Under the pieces are notes generated by a model, which was not told where the DNA came from, searched no databases, and saw only the letters and a list, made by a program, of their open reading frames with translations. A DNA stretch of 64,000 bases from an uncultured bacterium (GTDB lineage Bacteria; Auribacterota; Erginobacteria; Erginobacterales; Erginobacteraceae). The position numbers and the translations under genes were made by a program. This document shows positions 10,003 through 18,863 of this stretch, piece after piece. The stretch spans positions 320,001-384,000 of the forward strand of contig CAWGIE010000026.1 of assembly GCA_963822585.1 (NCBI GenBank), given 5' to 3'. Position 1 is the stretch's first letter. Each line of letters opens with the position of its first letter.

Positions 10003-10794
10003 ATGGGAAAAAGTATCGGTCATCAAACACTGTTCTCCGGCAGTAATAATCCCCGAACAGACCTGGTTCTGATCGGCGTAGCGCGGGAAAAGGCAGACCT
10101 GGAACGGGCCGAGCGAGAACACTGGTACCGCATTCCCGTTCGCGTGATCTTCCGCCGACGGCCCCGCTATCTGGCGATCTATCCCGTTAAAAAGTGCGGT
10201 ATTCCGGGGGGAGCGATCACCTGGTTTGCCTCCGTCAGAAAGATTTCCCGTCAGCGGCGACGAGAATTGCTCCCCCGGCAGCAGGCCCATCCGAGAGCGC
10301 AAGACTGGTACTGGAAATTGTCCCTCGGCCCCCCCGTCACACTTCCCTATCCGATAAAAAACCGCCTCCGAAGAAGGATTACTTTCGCTTACACCACCCG
10401 GGATCGCTTGTTCCAGGCGCGGGAGATCGGGGAGCTGTTCGATGTCCCTCCACTGGAAGAGGAGATGGGGAAAACTCTCCGGACAGTCGGGATCAGGGCG
10501 CTCAGCCAGTTCTGTGTGATGGAGAAGAAGAAATGCCGTTACCGGCTTGACTTCGCCGTCTTTTGTCGGAGGGGAAAAATCGCCCTGGAGTGCGATCACA
10601 GCCGGTGGCATCGGAAATCGAACCGGATAAAGCAAGACCAGCAGCGGGACCGCTGGCTGAAAAAACGGGATTGGACGGTTATGCACTTCTCGGAAGATGA
10701 TATTCTCAATAGAAATACCCGGATGATCGAGATGATCAGAGATGCCATCCGGAAAGCGGGCGGACAAAAACCTCACTCGCCGGAAGAGGCATAA
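10003..10794 (+). CDS. DUF559/Vsr-like endonuclease with an N-terminal EVE/PUA-like domain
   Basis: C-terminal YRLDFA..IALECD..WH..QDQQRDRWL..WTVMHF; N-terminal WYRIP motif; start 9943 or 10003. Confidence 0.7.
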   Translation: MGKSIGHQTLFSGSNNPRTDLVLIGVAREKADLERAEREHWYRIPVRVIFRRRPRYLAIYPVKKCGIPGGAITWFASVRKISRQRRRELLPRQQAHPRAQDWYWKLSLGPPVTLPYPIKNRLRRRITFAYTTRDRLFQAREIGELFDVPPLEEEMGKTLRTVGIRALSQFCVMEKKKCRYRLDFAVFCRRGKIALECDHSRWHRKSNRIKQDQQRDRWLKKRDWTVMHFSEDDILNRNTRMIEMIRDAIRKAGGQKPHSPEEA

Positions 10795-10822
10795 AATTGC
10801 CTCCTACCTCCCGGATATGGTA

Positions 10823-10872
10823 TATTCCGGTTTCAGTCCGCCTGGACAGGCGGACTGAAGCCGGAATAGTTT
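10823..10872 (+). terminator. Strong stem-loop after the DUF559 gene
   Basis: tattccggtttcagtccgcctg-ga-caggcggactgaagccggaata followed by gtttt. Confidence 0.6.
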
Positions 10873-10953
10873 TGAATAATGCCGACGACAATCCCGGCAA
10901 TAATGTGATACAGTATTGATTATATTATACTGTCATCTCAGGGAGCAGCCTCT

Positions 10954-11244
10954 ATGAAGAAAGCGATCTCCGCGCTCACAGCAGCAGGTATCGGCATACT
11001 GTCCGCTTTTACACTGGCGGCCCAGGACACGACCCCCCGGGGTCCCTCCCAGTGGTCGGCCCGGAATTGGCTGGGGTTCTGTATTCAGATCGGGGTCTTT
11101 CTCCTGGCCGTGATCGGCATTTACCGGCTGGCCAGGAGCGGGGAGGGGGAGGGGGAGGGGAAAGGGAGGGATGATAGTCAGAATGTCGAAAGTAATAATC
11201 CGAAATCAGAAAGTGCAAGGCATCCTTCGGTACCAATAAAATAA
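10954..11244 (+). CDS. Small hypothetical protein (signal peptide plus one TM)
   Basis: MKKAISALTAAG..LAA signal, one hydrophobic helix, GGAG RBS. Confidence 0.55.
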   Translation: MKKAISALTAAGIGILSAFTLAAQDTTPRGPSQWSARNWLGFCIQIGVFLLAVIGIYRLARSGEGEGEGKGRDDSQNVESNNPKSESARHPSVPIK

Positions 11245-11270
11245 TACCACACTACAACAGCATTACAGAT

Positions 11271-11368
11271 CCACGAAGGACACGAAGCTCACGAAGAGCT
11301 TGTTAATCCGGAAGGGCCGGTTTTGTCCTGGCTAAGCCTTCTTCGTGTACTTCGTGTCCTTCGTGGTT
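11271..11368. repeat. CACGAAG-unit inverted repeat element
   Basis: ccacgaaggacacgaagctcacgaag ... cttcgtgtacttcgtgtccttcgtgg. Confidence 0.85.
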
Positions 11369-11396
11369 CTAGCCCATAAAAGAAGGAAGATTCAAC

Positions 11397-12473
11397 ATGC
11401 TTCATGCAGTAATTATGGCGGGGGGAACCGGAGAGCGATTCTGGCCGTTGAGTCGCCGGTCGACACCAAAGCAGTTGTTGAACATCGCCGGCGGGGGAAC
11501 GATGATTAATCAGACCGTGGACCGCCTTAAGCCGCTGGTGGACGAATCCCGGATCTGGGTGGTAACCACCGTCGATCAGTCTCCGGCTCTCCGGAAGATT
11601 TTACCCGCGGTCGCCAAAGCGGGACATATCCTGATGGAACCCGTGGGCCGGAATACCGCTCCCTGCGTCGCGCTGGCCGCCTACGCGGTCGCCCGCGAAG
11701 ATCCCGGGGCGGTGATGGCGGTTCTCCCCGCGGACCACGTCATCAAGCCGAAACGTGAATTTCAGAGGACTCTTCGCGCCGCCGCCCGGACCGCCGAACG
11801 GATGGGATCGCTGATCACTATCGGCATCAAGCCCACCTTCCCCTCAACCGGATACGGATATATTCGCCGGGGGAGAAAGATGACGGAAGCTGGAGACTAT
11901 GCCTTCTATCGGGTTGATCGTTTCATCGAGAAACCGGACCGGAAACGCGCGCGGCAGTTCATTAAAAGCCCGCTCTTCACCTGGAACAGCGGGATCTTTA
12001 TCTGGTCTCTGGGTGCCATCGATGCGGCACTGGAAAAGTATCTGCCCCGCGTTGCCGGAGCGCTCCGCCCGCTGACCACCCTCTCGCCAAAGAAACGGCA
12101 ATCCTTTTTGAAGAGGGTTTATCCCGGATTGCCCGGAATCTCCATCGACTACGGGATCATGGAAAAACATCAAAACGTCCTGATGACCGCCGCCTCTTTC
12201 CAATGGGACGATGTCGGTTCCTGGGATGCGCTCGAGGAATACCTCCCCCTCACTCCGGATGGCAACCGCGTCCGGGGGGAGTTGGTCGGCCATGAAATCA
12301 ATGGCTGTATCAGTTTCAGTACCGGCCCCCTGGTCGGAATGATCGGAGTTTCCAATCTGATCGTAGTGGCCACCGGCGACGCAGTCCTGGTCTGCCCCCG
12401 GGAGAGGGCACAGGATGTTAAAAAACTGGTGCAAAAAATTCGAAAGAATAAGAAATATCAAGGGCTGATATAA
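11397..12473 (+). CDS. manC: Mannose-1-phosphate guanylyltransferase
   Basis: VIMAGGTGERFWPLSR..PKQLL, EPVGRNTAP, LPADH, FIEKP, WNSGIF, SIDYGIME, WDDVGSW. Confidence 0.93.
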   Translation: MLHAVIMAGGTGERFWPLSRRSTPKQLLNIAGGGTMINQTVDRLKPLVDESRIWVVTTVDQSPALRKILPAVAKAGHILMEPVGRNTAPCVALAAYAVAREDPGAVMAVLPADHVIKPKREFQRTLRAAARTAERMGSLITIGIKPTFPSTGYGYIRRGRKMTEAGDYAFYRVDRFIEKPDRKRARQFIKSPLFTWNSGIFIWSLGAIDAALEKYLPRVAGALRPLTTLSPKKRQSFLKRVYPGLPGISIDYGIMEKHQNVLMTAASFQWDDVGSWDALEEYLPLTPDGNRVRGELVGHEINGCISFSTGPLVGMIGVSNLIVVATGDAVLVCPRERAQDVKKLVQKIRKNKKYQGLI

Positions 12474-12649
12474 AAACAAATTCTAAATAACATGCACCTC
12501 AGCCAACGGCTGATCAGCCTCCGACTGAAAATCACAAATCATAAATTCCAAGGACCGAAACAACTTGTCGGTCACCCGGGAACAGGGTAGACACGACAGT
12601 TAATTATGTCAGTTCTCTCCCATTTTGGGGGAGTAAATTATGGTTCTTA

Positions 12650-12701
12650 TGGAGTGCAGCGACCATGTCGCTGCATGCATTGACACGGTCAATGCACTCC
12701 A
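12650..12701. repeat. REP-like nested palindrome
   Basis: tggagtgca[gcgac-cat-gtcgc]..[tgcattgac-acg-gtcaatgca]ctcca. Confidence 0.6.
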
Positions 12702-12800
12702 AAATAGCTCCAGAATGTGATTAGCCGCACTTTTTGAGTACAATAAACGCCCACACAAAATGGAAGAAAACCATTATATCAAACGTCAGAGAACCGAGAA

Positions 12801-13235
12801 ATGCGTGATCAGGGCAGGATATTGGGGGTCGATCCCGGAGAAAAGAGGATCGGCCTGGCGGTCAGCGATCCCCTGGGAATTACCGCTCAGGGGCTTCCTA
12901 CCCTGAAGGTGACCTCGCCGGCCGATGCTCCGCGCCTGATCGCGGAAGTAGCCCGGCGGATCGACGCGACCGGGATTGTAATCGGCCTCCCCCTCAATAT
13001 GGACGGCACGGAAGGGGAACAGGCCCGCCGGGCATATCAACTGGGAGCCCGGCTGGAGGAGGAGACGCTTCTTCCCGTATCCTTCCGGGATGAACGCCTG
13101 ACATCAATTCAGGCCGAGCAGGTTTTGATCGCGGGCGATTTGAGAAGGGAGCGCAGAAAAAAAGAGATCGACCGGATCTCGGCTCAGATTATTCTCCAGT
13201 GTTATCTTGACGAAATCGGAGGCGGCCAGGCATGA
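12801..13235 (+). CDS. ruvX: YqgF/RuvX pre-16S rRNA nuclease
   Basis: ILGVDPGEKRIGLAVSD, IVIGLPLNMDG, DERLTS, IDRISAQIILQ. Confidence 0.93.
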   Translation: MRDQGRILGVDPGEKRIGLAVSDPLGITAQGLPTLKVTSPADAPRLIAEVARRIDATGIVIGLPLNMDGTEGEQARRAYQLGARLEEETLLPVSFRDERLTSIQAEQVLIAGDLRRERRKKEIDRISAQIILQCYLDEIGGGQA

Positions 13236-14299
13236 ATCGTGAAGAAAGAAAGCTGCGGAAAGGAATCAGGTCAGCTCTCAAATCAGGCAGCTGGATACTG
13301 AAACACCGAAAGAAGAAAATATTTCCGGACGCGCGGGAGAAACTCTCCGAGGCGATCGACCGTTTAAAAGAGGCGGCCAAGACAGGCGATCAGAAAGAGC
13401 AGAGGAACAGATTGAAGAAGCTGAACGCTCTTCTGGAAGGGGACCTTACCCCTTTCCGAAAAACCACCGTCCGGGAGTGGACGGAGTCCATCCTTTTTGC
13501 CCTCGTCATGGTCTTTATCATCCGGGGCTTCATCGTCCAACCCTTCAAGATCCCCACCGGCTCAATGTCGCCCACGCTGCTGGGAGTAAAAAAAGTCTGC
13601 CCGACCTGCGGCCAGGAATACCGCTACGACAGGAAGCAGTGCGACGACGGGACCCCTCTTGTTCTCGAACATATCGGGGATAAGATCCTGGTCAATAAAT
13701 TCATTTACGGAGCCAAGACGCCGGACCGGATACCCTTCACCTCCATCCTGCTTCCTTATCTGCAGCTCCCGGCGATCCGCCAGCCGCGGCGCGGGGATAT
13801 CGTGGTTTTTCATTTTCCGGATGACGTCAGCACCGACTATGTCAAGCGGCTGGTCGGGCTGCCGGGGGAGACGATAGAAATCCGGGACGGGAAAATTATT
13901 GCCGATGGGAAGGATGTCTCAACGCCGGAGATGAAAAAGGTATACTATACCAACGGACGTCCCTTTGAACAGAGACGGATCCTCTACGGACGGCCTGGAC
14001 AGCGCTTCGTCGTCCCGGCAAAGGGGATGGTCATCAACCTTGACCCCGGCACCCGGATGTACTGGGAAGACTTGATCAAACTCGATGGGCATGAAGTGGA
14101 AGTGGACAACGGGCGAATTCTTGTTGATGGAGTTCCCCGCCACAGCTATACTATCGAACAGAATTATTATTTCGTCATGGGAGATAATAGCTCCAACAGC
14201 AGGGACAGCCGTTACTGGGGGTTCGTCCCGGAAAAGTACATGGTCGGGGAAGTTTTTTTCAAATACTGGCCGCCCCGCCGCTGGGGATTCGCACGGTAA
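13232..14299 (+). CDS. lepB: Signal peptidase I
   Basis: FKIPTGSMSPTL (Ser), GDKILVNKF, DYVKRLVGLPG (Lys), GDNSSNSRDSRYWGFVP. Confidence 0.95.
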   Translation: MNREERKLRKGIRSALKSGSWILKHRKKKIFPDAREKLSEAIDRLKEAAKTGDQKEQRNRLKKLNALLEGDLTPFRKTTVREWTESILFALVMVFIIRGFIVQPFKIPTGSMSPTLLGVKKVCPTCGQEYRYDRKQCDDGTPLVLEHIGDKILVNKFIYGAKTPDRIPFTSILLPYLQLPAIRQPRRGDIVVFHFPDDVSTDYVKRLVGLPGETIEIRDGKIIADGKDVSTPEMKKVYYTNGRPFEQRRILYGRPGQRFVVPAKGMVINLDPGTRMYWEDLIKLDGHEVEVDNGRILVDGVPRHSYTIEQNYYFVMGDNSSNSRDSRYWGFVPEKYMVGEVFFKYWPPRRWGFAR

Positions 14300-14326
14300 T
14301 TCACGGCCGAGGAAACAGTTCAAGTA

Positions 14327-16402
14327 ATGGCTCCGGAATTGAAAAAAACAGAGCCGATTTATCGCATGACGCCCCTATCTGAAAGTCCGCCCCGGAAACC
14401 CTCCCTTCCTTTACCACACCAGGAAATCGACCGGAAGAGTCTTTTCGGGATGGGGGCCAAACTGACCATCCTGGTCCTGACCAGCCTTCTCTGCATCTCC
14501 ATTTTCACCACCATCGTCTCAATCCGGCACCTCCGGAACGCCCTCAGCGCCGGAGCGAAGGAGATGGGTCAAACCATGGGACGGGTCTTGGGGATCAGTG
14601 CCGCCTACCAGGGGTTCTTTGATATCGACAATCGTCTCCTCAAGCAGTACGTCACCTTCGCGACCGAGCAGAAGAATGTCGTTTATGCCGTTATCATGAA
14701 AAAACACGGGGAAGTCATACAGATGGGACTCTCCCCCGAGCAACTGGATCTTTTGAAAAAAGGTGAACTGCCCTTTGACCCGGAGACGGTCCACCAGGAA
14801 ATACAGGATATCACCATGGAGTCGCCGATCGGAAAGATCGGCACTATTTATCTGGGGATTTCCAAACAGAAAATAACCGCCGTCGAGAAAAAACTGGTCC
14901 GGGTCCAGGTGATCTCCGCCGGCGTGATTACCATTATCTTTCTCATTATCCTCTGGATCATCATTCATTCCATCACGCGTCCTCTCCGCCAGTTGACGGA
15001 GAAGACAAAAGAAATGGGGGAGGGGAAGCTGGACGAGCCCCTGAAAGTCAGCGGCCGTGATGAGGTAGGACGGCTGGCCAATAGCATCGAGATCATGCGG
15101 GAAAATCTCAACCGGAAGATCCAGACTATCGCTTTTATGGGGAGGATCGCGCATGACTTTAACGCGGTTCTCGACCTCAGCCAGACCATCGACGAATTCA
15201 AGAAGGAGCTGATCAACTTTCCTCTCTGGCCGTGGCAGGAACTGGGGGCCGCATTGATCGGGCGGGGCGGCCGGATGTACCCCAAGACCCAGTTCAATTA
15301 CTATCACATCATTCCTGCCACCGACCGGGAAGGCAATCGGCAATCCATCTTCTCCATGAAAGACACGATAGTGGCGGAGATAGCCTATCAGAAGAAGGTG
15401 ATTGTCAGAGAATTGCCCACCAGTTTCAGTTCTTCTCAGGACGGTTTCAGCCTTTATCTGAAAGATCGGGATATCTCCTCTTCGGTGGCGATCCCCCTGC
15501 TGGTAAAAAACAAAGTCCTGGGTATGCTTTATGCCGGCTTCCAGGATAGATCGGGGAGGCTACCGGAGATCCAGAAAATCTGTCAGAACATTGCCGACGA
15601 GTTGGCCCGGGCGATTGAGGGGATTTATCTCCTCTATGACCTTAGAATCAGCCTGGATGAATTGAAAAGCGCCCATCAACAGTTGAAGGGCCTCGACAAC
15701 CTGAAAAGCGAGTTTATTTCCAGCGTCAGCCATGAATTACGCACGCCCCTGGTTTCGATGACCGGTTACCTCCATATGATGCTGGATGAAAAACTGGGCG
15801 GCATTACCGAACTTCAGCGCGAAGGGCTTGAGGTCTCGGTAAAAAGCCTTCAGCGGCTGACCAATCTTATCCAAAAAATGCTTTTATTCTCTTCAGAGCA
15901 GAAGGAGCAGGAACTTGACATCTCCGACTTCAAGATAAAAGATCTGCTCGAACATTGTGCTACAACCCTTAAGACTGTTGCCGATAAGCAACAGGTGGAG
16001 ATCAGGACATCCGTCGATGATAACCTGCCGCTTGTCCGTGCCGATGAAGATAAGATTATTCAGGTACTGATCAACCTGACCGATAACGCGATCAAATTCA
16101 GCCCGAAGGGGGGCCGGATCGAATTAAAAGCGCATCCGGCATACGGTGTCGGTCAGAACAACATGATCGAGGTTTTAGTTCGGGACGAAGGCAAGGGGCT
16201 TTCCCCGAAAGACCAGGCAAAAATGTTTGAAAAATTCTGGCAGGGAAGCAAAGAAGACGGGGGCCGGCAGAAAGGCCTCGGGCTGGGCCTGGCTCTGGTT
16301 AAAAAGATACTCGAACAGCATGGATGTTCGATAACGGTTTCCAGCGAACTCGGGCGGGGGACGACCATGACATTCACGCTGCCAACCGTGCCGCCGGAGT
16401 GA
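14327..16402 (+). CDS. Sensor histidine kinase (TM-sensor-TM-HAMP-GAF-HisKA-HATPase)
   Basis: HAMP RPLRQL..DEVGRLA; SVSHELRTPL; NLTDNAIKF; DEGKG; GLGLGLAL. Confidence 0.92.
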   Translation: MAPELKKTEPIYRMTPLSESPPRKPSLPLPHQEIDRKSLFGMGAKLTILVLTSLLCISIFTTIVSIRHLRNALSAGAKEMGQTMGRVLGISAAYQGFFDIDNRLLKQYVTFATEQKNVVYAVIMKKHGEVIQMGLSPEQLDLLKKGELPFDPETVHQEIQDITMESPIGKIGTIYLGISKQKITAVEKKLVRVQVISAGVITIIFLIILWIIIHSITRPLRQLTEKTKEMGEGKLDEPLKVSGRDEVGRLANSIEIMRENLNRKIQTIAFMGRIAHDFNAVLDLSQTIDEFKKELINFPLWPWQELGAALIGRGGRMYPKTQFNYYHIIPATDREGNRQSIFSMKDTIVAEIAYQKKVIVRELPTSFSSSQDGFSLYLKDRDISSSVAIPLLVKNKVLGMLYAGFQDRSGRLPEIQKICQNIADELARAIEGIYLLYDLRISLDELKSAHQQLKGLDNLKSEFISSVSHELRTPLVSMTGYLHMMLDEKLGGITELQREGLEVSVKSLQRLTNLIQKMLLFSSEQKEQELDISDFKIKDLLEHCATTLKTVADKQQVEIRTSVDDNLPLVRADEDKIIQVLINLTDNAIKFSPKGGRIELKAHPAYGVGQNNMIEVLVRDEGKGLSPKDQAKMFEKFWQGSKEDGGRQKGLGLGLALVKKILEQHGCSITVSSELGRGTTMTFTLPTVPPE

Positions 16403-16406
16403 ACCA

Positions 16407-16619
16407 GTGAAAGAGAACTATTGCCGCACCGTCGCCGAGAGATTAATCTCTTTCTGGATGTTCCACCGCCGCTTTGACGCCAATATCGCCAGCCTGGCCC
16501 GCTTCTCAGGAGTTTCCCGGGACACGGTATATCGCTGGCTGAACAGGAAATCTCTCCCCAAGACTTCAAAAGCAGAGCTCATTGACGAATGGCTCAATAC
16601 CCGGAGCCATCCTCAATAA
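16407..16619 (+). CDS. Small helix-turn-helix protein
   Basis: IASLARFSGVSRDTVYRWL HTH pattern; starts 4 nt after the kinase stop. Confidence 0.65.
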   Translation: MKENYCRTVAERLISFWMFHRRFDANIASLARFSGVSRDTVYRWLNRKSLPKTSKAELIDEWLNTRSHPQ

Positions 16620-16639
16620 CAACTCTCGCCGCGAGAAGG

Positions 16640-16679
16640 AAAACCCGGGCCGACATTCAGAGACGGCTCGGTTTTTCTT
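16640..16679 (+). terminator. Intrinsic terminator
   Basis: ccgggccg..cggctcgg stem followed by tttttctt. Confidence 0.55.
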
Positions 16680-16698
16680 GAATTTAATATCTGACACT

Positions 16699-16726
16699 GG
16701 TAGTGATAAGGTTCCTTATGTAAAGT
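16699..16726 (+). other. dif-like XerC/XerD recombination site
   Basis: ggtagtgataa-ggttcc-ttatgtaaagt: 11-6-11 layout; XerD arm 9/11 to ttatgttaaat, XerC arm 7/11 to ggtgcgcataa; intergenic at a convergent junction. Confidence 0.65.
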
Positions 16727-16804
16727 AATGTACTGCCGGGAAAATAAGCGCTACTCGCCATAATAAGCTGTTCTATAAACGATTACGACTTATTTAACCG
16801 CGGA

Positions 16805-16835
16805 TGTTGGTAACTTGTGGATAACATGTGGGAAT
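16805..16835 (-). promoter_or_regulatory. Phased DnaA-box-like cluster
   Basis: tgttggtaa (16805), perfect tgtggataa (16816), tgtgggaat (16827), spaced 11 bp apart. Confidence 0.4.
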
Positions 16836-17166
16836 CTCACGCCCGCTCCTTCCCCTTTGATGGGAATAATTATTCAGCCAGAATCCTGCCGATCAACACT
16901 CCGGGGGTCGAGAACGGCCATCACCAGCCGGCATGAGACGGTTCTCGCTTCAATGCCTCAATTACGGCTTCTTCCGAACAGGTACGCGGCGGGAGCGGAA
17001 GCTGGTGCAGCAGCAGCCCGGCCATGGCGGGAACAGCTTGGAGATCCGGATGTTCTTCCGGATGGATGGTAGGCCCGGGGATGCTTCACGCTGATCTCAG
17101 ACTAACCGCTTTTTCGCCTCCAGCACAATCCCCGGGTATTTGCGAAAAAGCTGCTGAGGGACGGAG

Positions 17167-17610
17167 CTAAAAACCCTCCGAGAGAGCAATGATCAAGTTG
17201 GGTTTTCCGGGAGCGCCGATCATAACCGTCCCTTCCCTGACCAGGGACAACTCGGTATCAAGAATCAGTCGATCATTCGACCATAGCTTAAGGGAGAATT
17301 GGACCGTCCTGTCATCAAGCTTATTAGGAATAATTACTAATTTCAGATCCTGCCGGAGATGAAAGGAAATCGTTTCCTTTTTCCCAAGCGGAATCGTACG
17401 AAAGGCCGTGGCCAACTCCATGTAATTCTGGTATTTGAGGGGAGATCTCCGCATTGTTTTTTCCAGATACTGGAGGCCCGGGGCAATTTTCCCGGGTTCA
17501 TCAGTCGGCTGGAGAACGTCGATCGTTAATTCAAGAACCTCGTCACCGGCCCGGGCGGGTCCGGCGGCCAGAAAAGGCATCAGCATCATTACACAGATCA
17601 ATCCCTTCAT
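17167..17610 (-). CDS. Exported hypothetical protein in the ECF sigma operon
   Basis: Signal peptide ending ARA; directly downstream of the anti-sigma gene. Confidence 0.7.
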   Translation of the reverse strand: MKGLICVMMLMPFLAAGPARAGDEVLELTIDVLQPTDEPGKIAPGLQYLEKTMRRSPLKYQNYMELATAFRTIPLGKKETISFHLRQDLKLVIIPNKLDDRTVQFSLKLWSNDRLILDTELSLVREGTVMIGAPGKPNLIIALSEGF

Positions 17611-17617
17611 CAGTTCA

Positions 17618-18100
17618 TCACTCCATCAACCAGATAATTGTCAGCCCATCGCTCTCGCCCCGGTATATCATGAGATTATTTTCGGGAGCGGAAATTGATT
17701 CTATACGACAGTAATTTTCCGGCAGCCGGCTTTTGGAGAGTACCCCCGAAAAAACCAGCGTCAATACGGCGGCGGCGGTACTGAGTCCCAGTCCGATCCA
17801 GGCCGGCCGCAACAGGAGGCTGAGCAACTTCCCGCCGGAATGCCTTTTACTCACCGCAGTTTCTTTCGCCAGACTAAGCCGGATTGCCGGCCAGAGGGAG
17901 ACACTCCCTCCCCGGGCCGCCTCCTCCCGGGCCAGTTCCGAAAAAACCCCGCTCAGCAATCTGTTTTCCGCCAAGCGGCGGGCGCAGCTTTCACAGTGCC
18001 GCAGATGCGCCTCCAACTCCCGGGCTGATTGCGGAGACAGCTGACCATCATAATATGCTCCCAGCCGGTCCCGGATGTTCTGGCAGTTTTCTTTTTTCAT
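17618..18100 (-). CDS. Zinc-binding anti-sigma factor (zf-HC2)
   Basis: C..L.AYYDG.L....HLRHCESC (HxxxCxxC) followed by a TM helix; start moved to ATG 18100. Confidence 0.88.
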   Translation of the reverse strand: MKKENCQNIRDRLGAYYDGQLSPQSARELEAHLRHCESCARRLAENRLLSGVFSELAREEAARGGSVSLWPAIRLSLAKETAVSKRHSGGKLLSLLLRPAWIGLGLSTAAAVLTLVFSGVLSKSRLPENYCRIESISAPENNLMIYRGESDGLTIIWLME

Positions 18101-18134
18101 TATATCGTACACTAAAAATGTTTGAATCTGTTTA

Positions 18135-18275
18135 AAACTTAGCCCTCGCGCCACTCAGGCAACTTATTTAACCGCGGATTGTGCGGATTATGCTGATTAA
18201 AGAAAAAAACAATCCGCTTAATCTGTTTAATCCGCGGTTTATTGAAATTCCGAAGCAGTACATTAGCTCGCTCGC
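18135..18275 (-). repeat. Bipartite intergenic element: boundary motifs around a CCGCGGATT tandem hairpin
   Basis: Minus strand: gcgagcgagctaatg-tactgcttcggaatttc-[aaccgcggatt..aatccgcggtt]-ataagttgcc..ggctaagttt. Confidence 0.65.
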
Positions 18276-18278
18276 AGA

Positions 18279-18860
18279 TCAATATGCTCCCGAAAGATAC
18301 GGTTTTAACTGTTCCCTCAGCTTCTCCCGGGCATAATGAAGACGGGACATGACCGTTCCCCGGGAGCACTTCATGATCCTGCTGATCTCCTCATATGAAC
18401 ATCCTTCCCATTCCCGAAGCAGGATGACCGTTCTCTGGGGAACAGAGAGTGTGTCCAGTCCGCTCAGAATCATCTCATAGAGCTCCCGGCGCATCATCTC
18501 CCGGTCCGGACGGCATGAAGAGCGATCCGTCGGAAACTCCGCAGATTCCGACTTCACGGCATCGTCATACTCCACCATTTCCCTCCCGGACTTTTTCCTT
18601 TTCGCATCCAGTGCCAGGTTGAAAGCAATCCGGTAAAGCCAGGTGTAGAGGCGTGACTTCCCCCGGAAAGTTTTCAACGAACGATACGCCTTCAGGAAGG
18701 CTTCCTGGGCCAGATCCCGGGCCTGCTCCCTGTCCAGGACAATCCCGTAAATGAGGAGGGTGAGTCGCTCCTGGTATTTTTCGACCAACCCCTGAAATTC
18801 ATCGATGTCACCCTTCAGGCAGCGCCGGACCAGCTCGAAGTCTTCATCAGGCACAGTCAT
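18279..18860 (-). CDS. ECF sigma-70 factor (RpoE-like)
   Basis: DLAQEAFLKAY, FRGKSRLYTWLYRIAFN, SYEEIS..GTVMSRLHYAR. Confidence 0.93.
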   Translation of the reverse strand: MTVPDEDFELVRRCLKGDIDEFQGLVEKYQERLTLLIYGIVLDREQARDLAQEAFLKAYRSLKTFRGKSRLYTWLYRIAFNLALDAKRKKSGREMVEYDDAVKSESAEFPTDRSSCRPDREMMRRELYEMILSGLDTLSVPQRTVILLREWEGCSYEEISRIMKCSRGTVMSRLHYAREKLREQLKPYLSGAY

Positions 18861-18863
18861 TCT

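Noticed and set aside
16680..16870. oriC
   Set aside because: Only one perfect DnaA box; genes converge on the region; the dif-like site and octamer polarity point to the terminus; no dnaA/dnaN nearby.
16885..17160. tmRNA, RNase P RNA or SRP RNA; also the 16815-17072 ORF
   Set aside because: No T-arm/CCA end, no GAGGAAAGUCC and no SRP loop motif seen; the ORF starts on the DnaA-box TTG and has no recognisable features.
18135..18275. Integron attC sites
   Set aside because: No RYYYAAC..GTTRRRY boundaries and no integrase; flanking genes are housekeeping.
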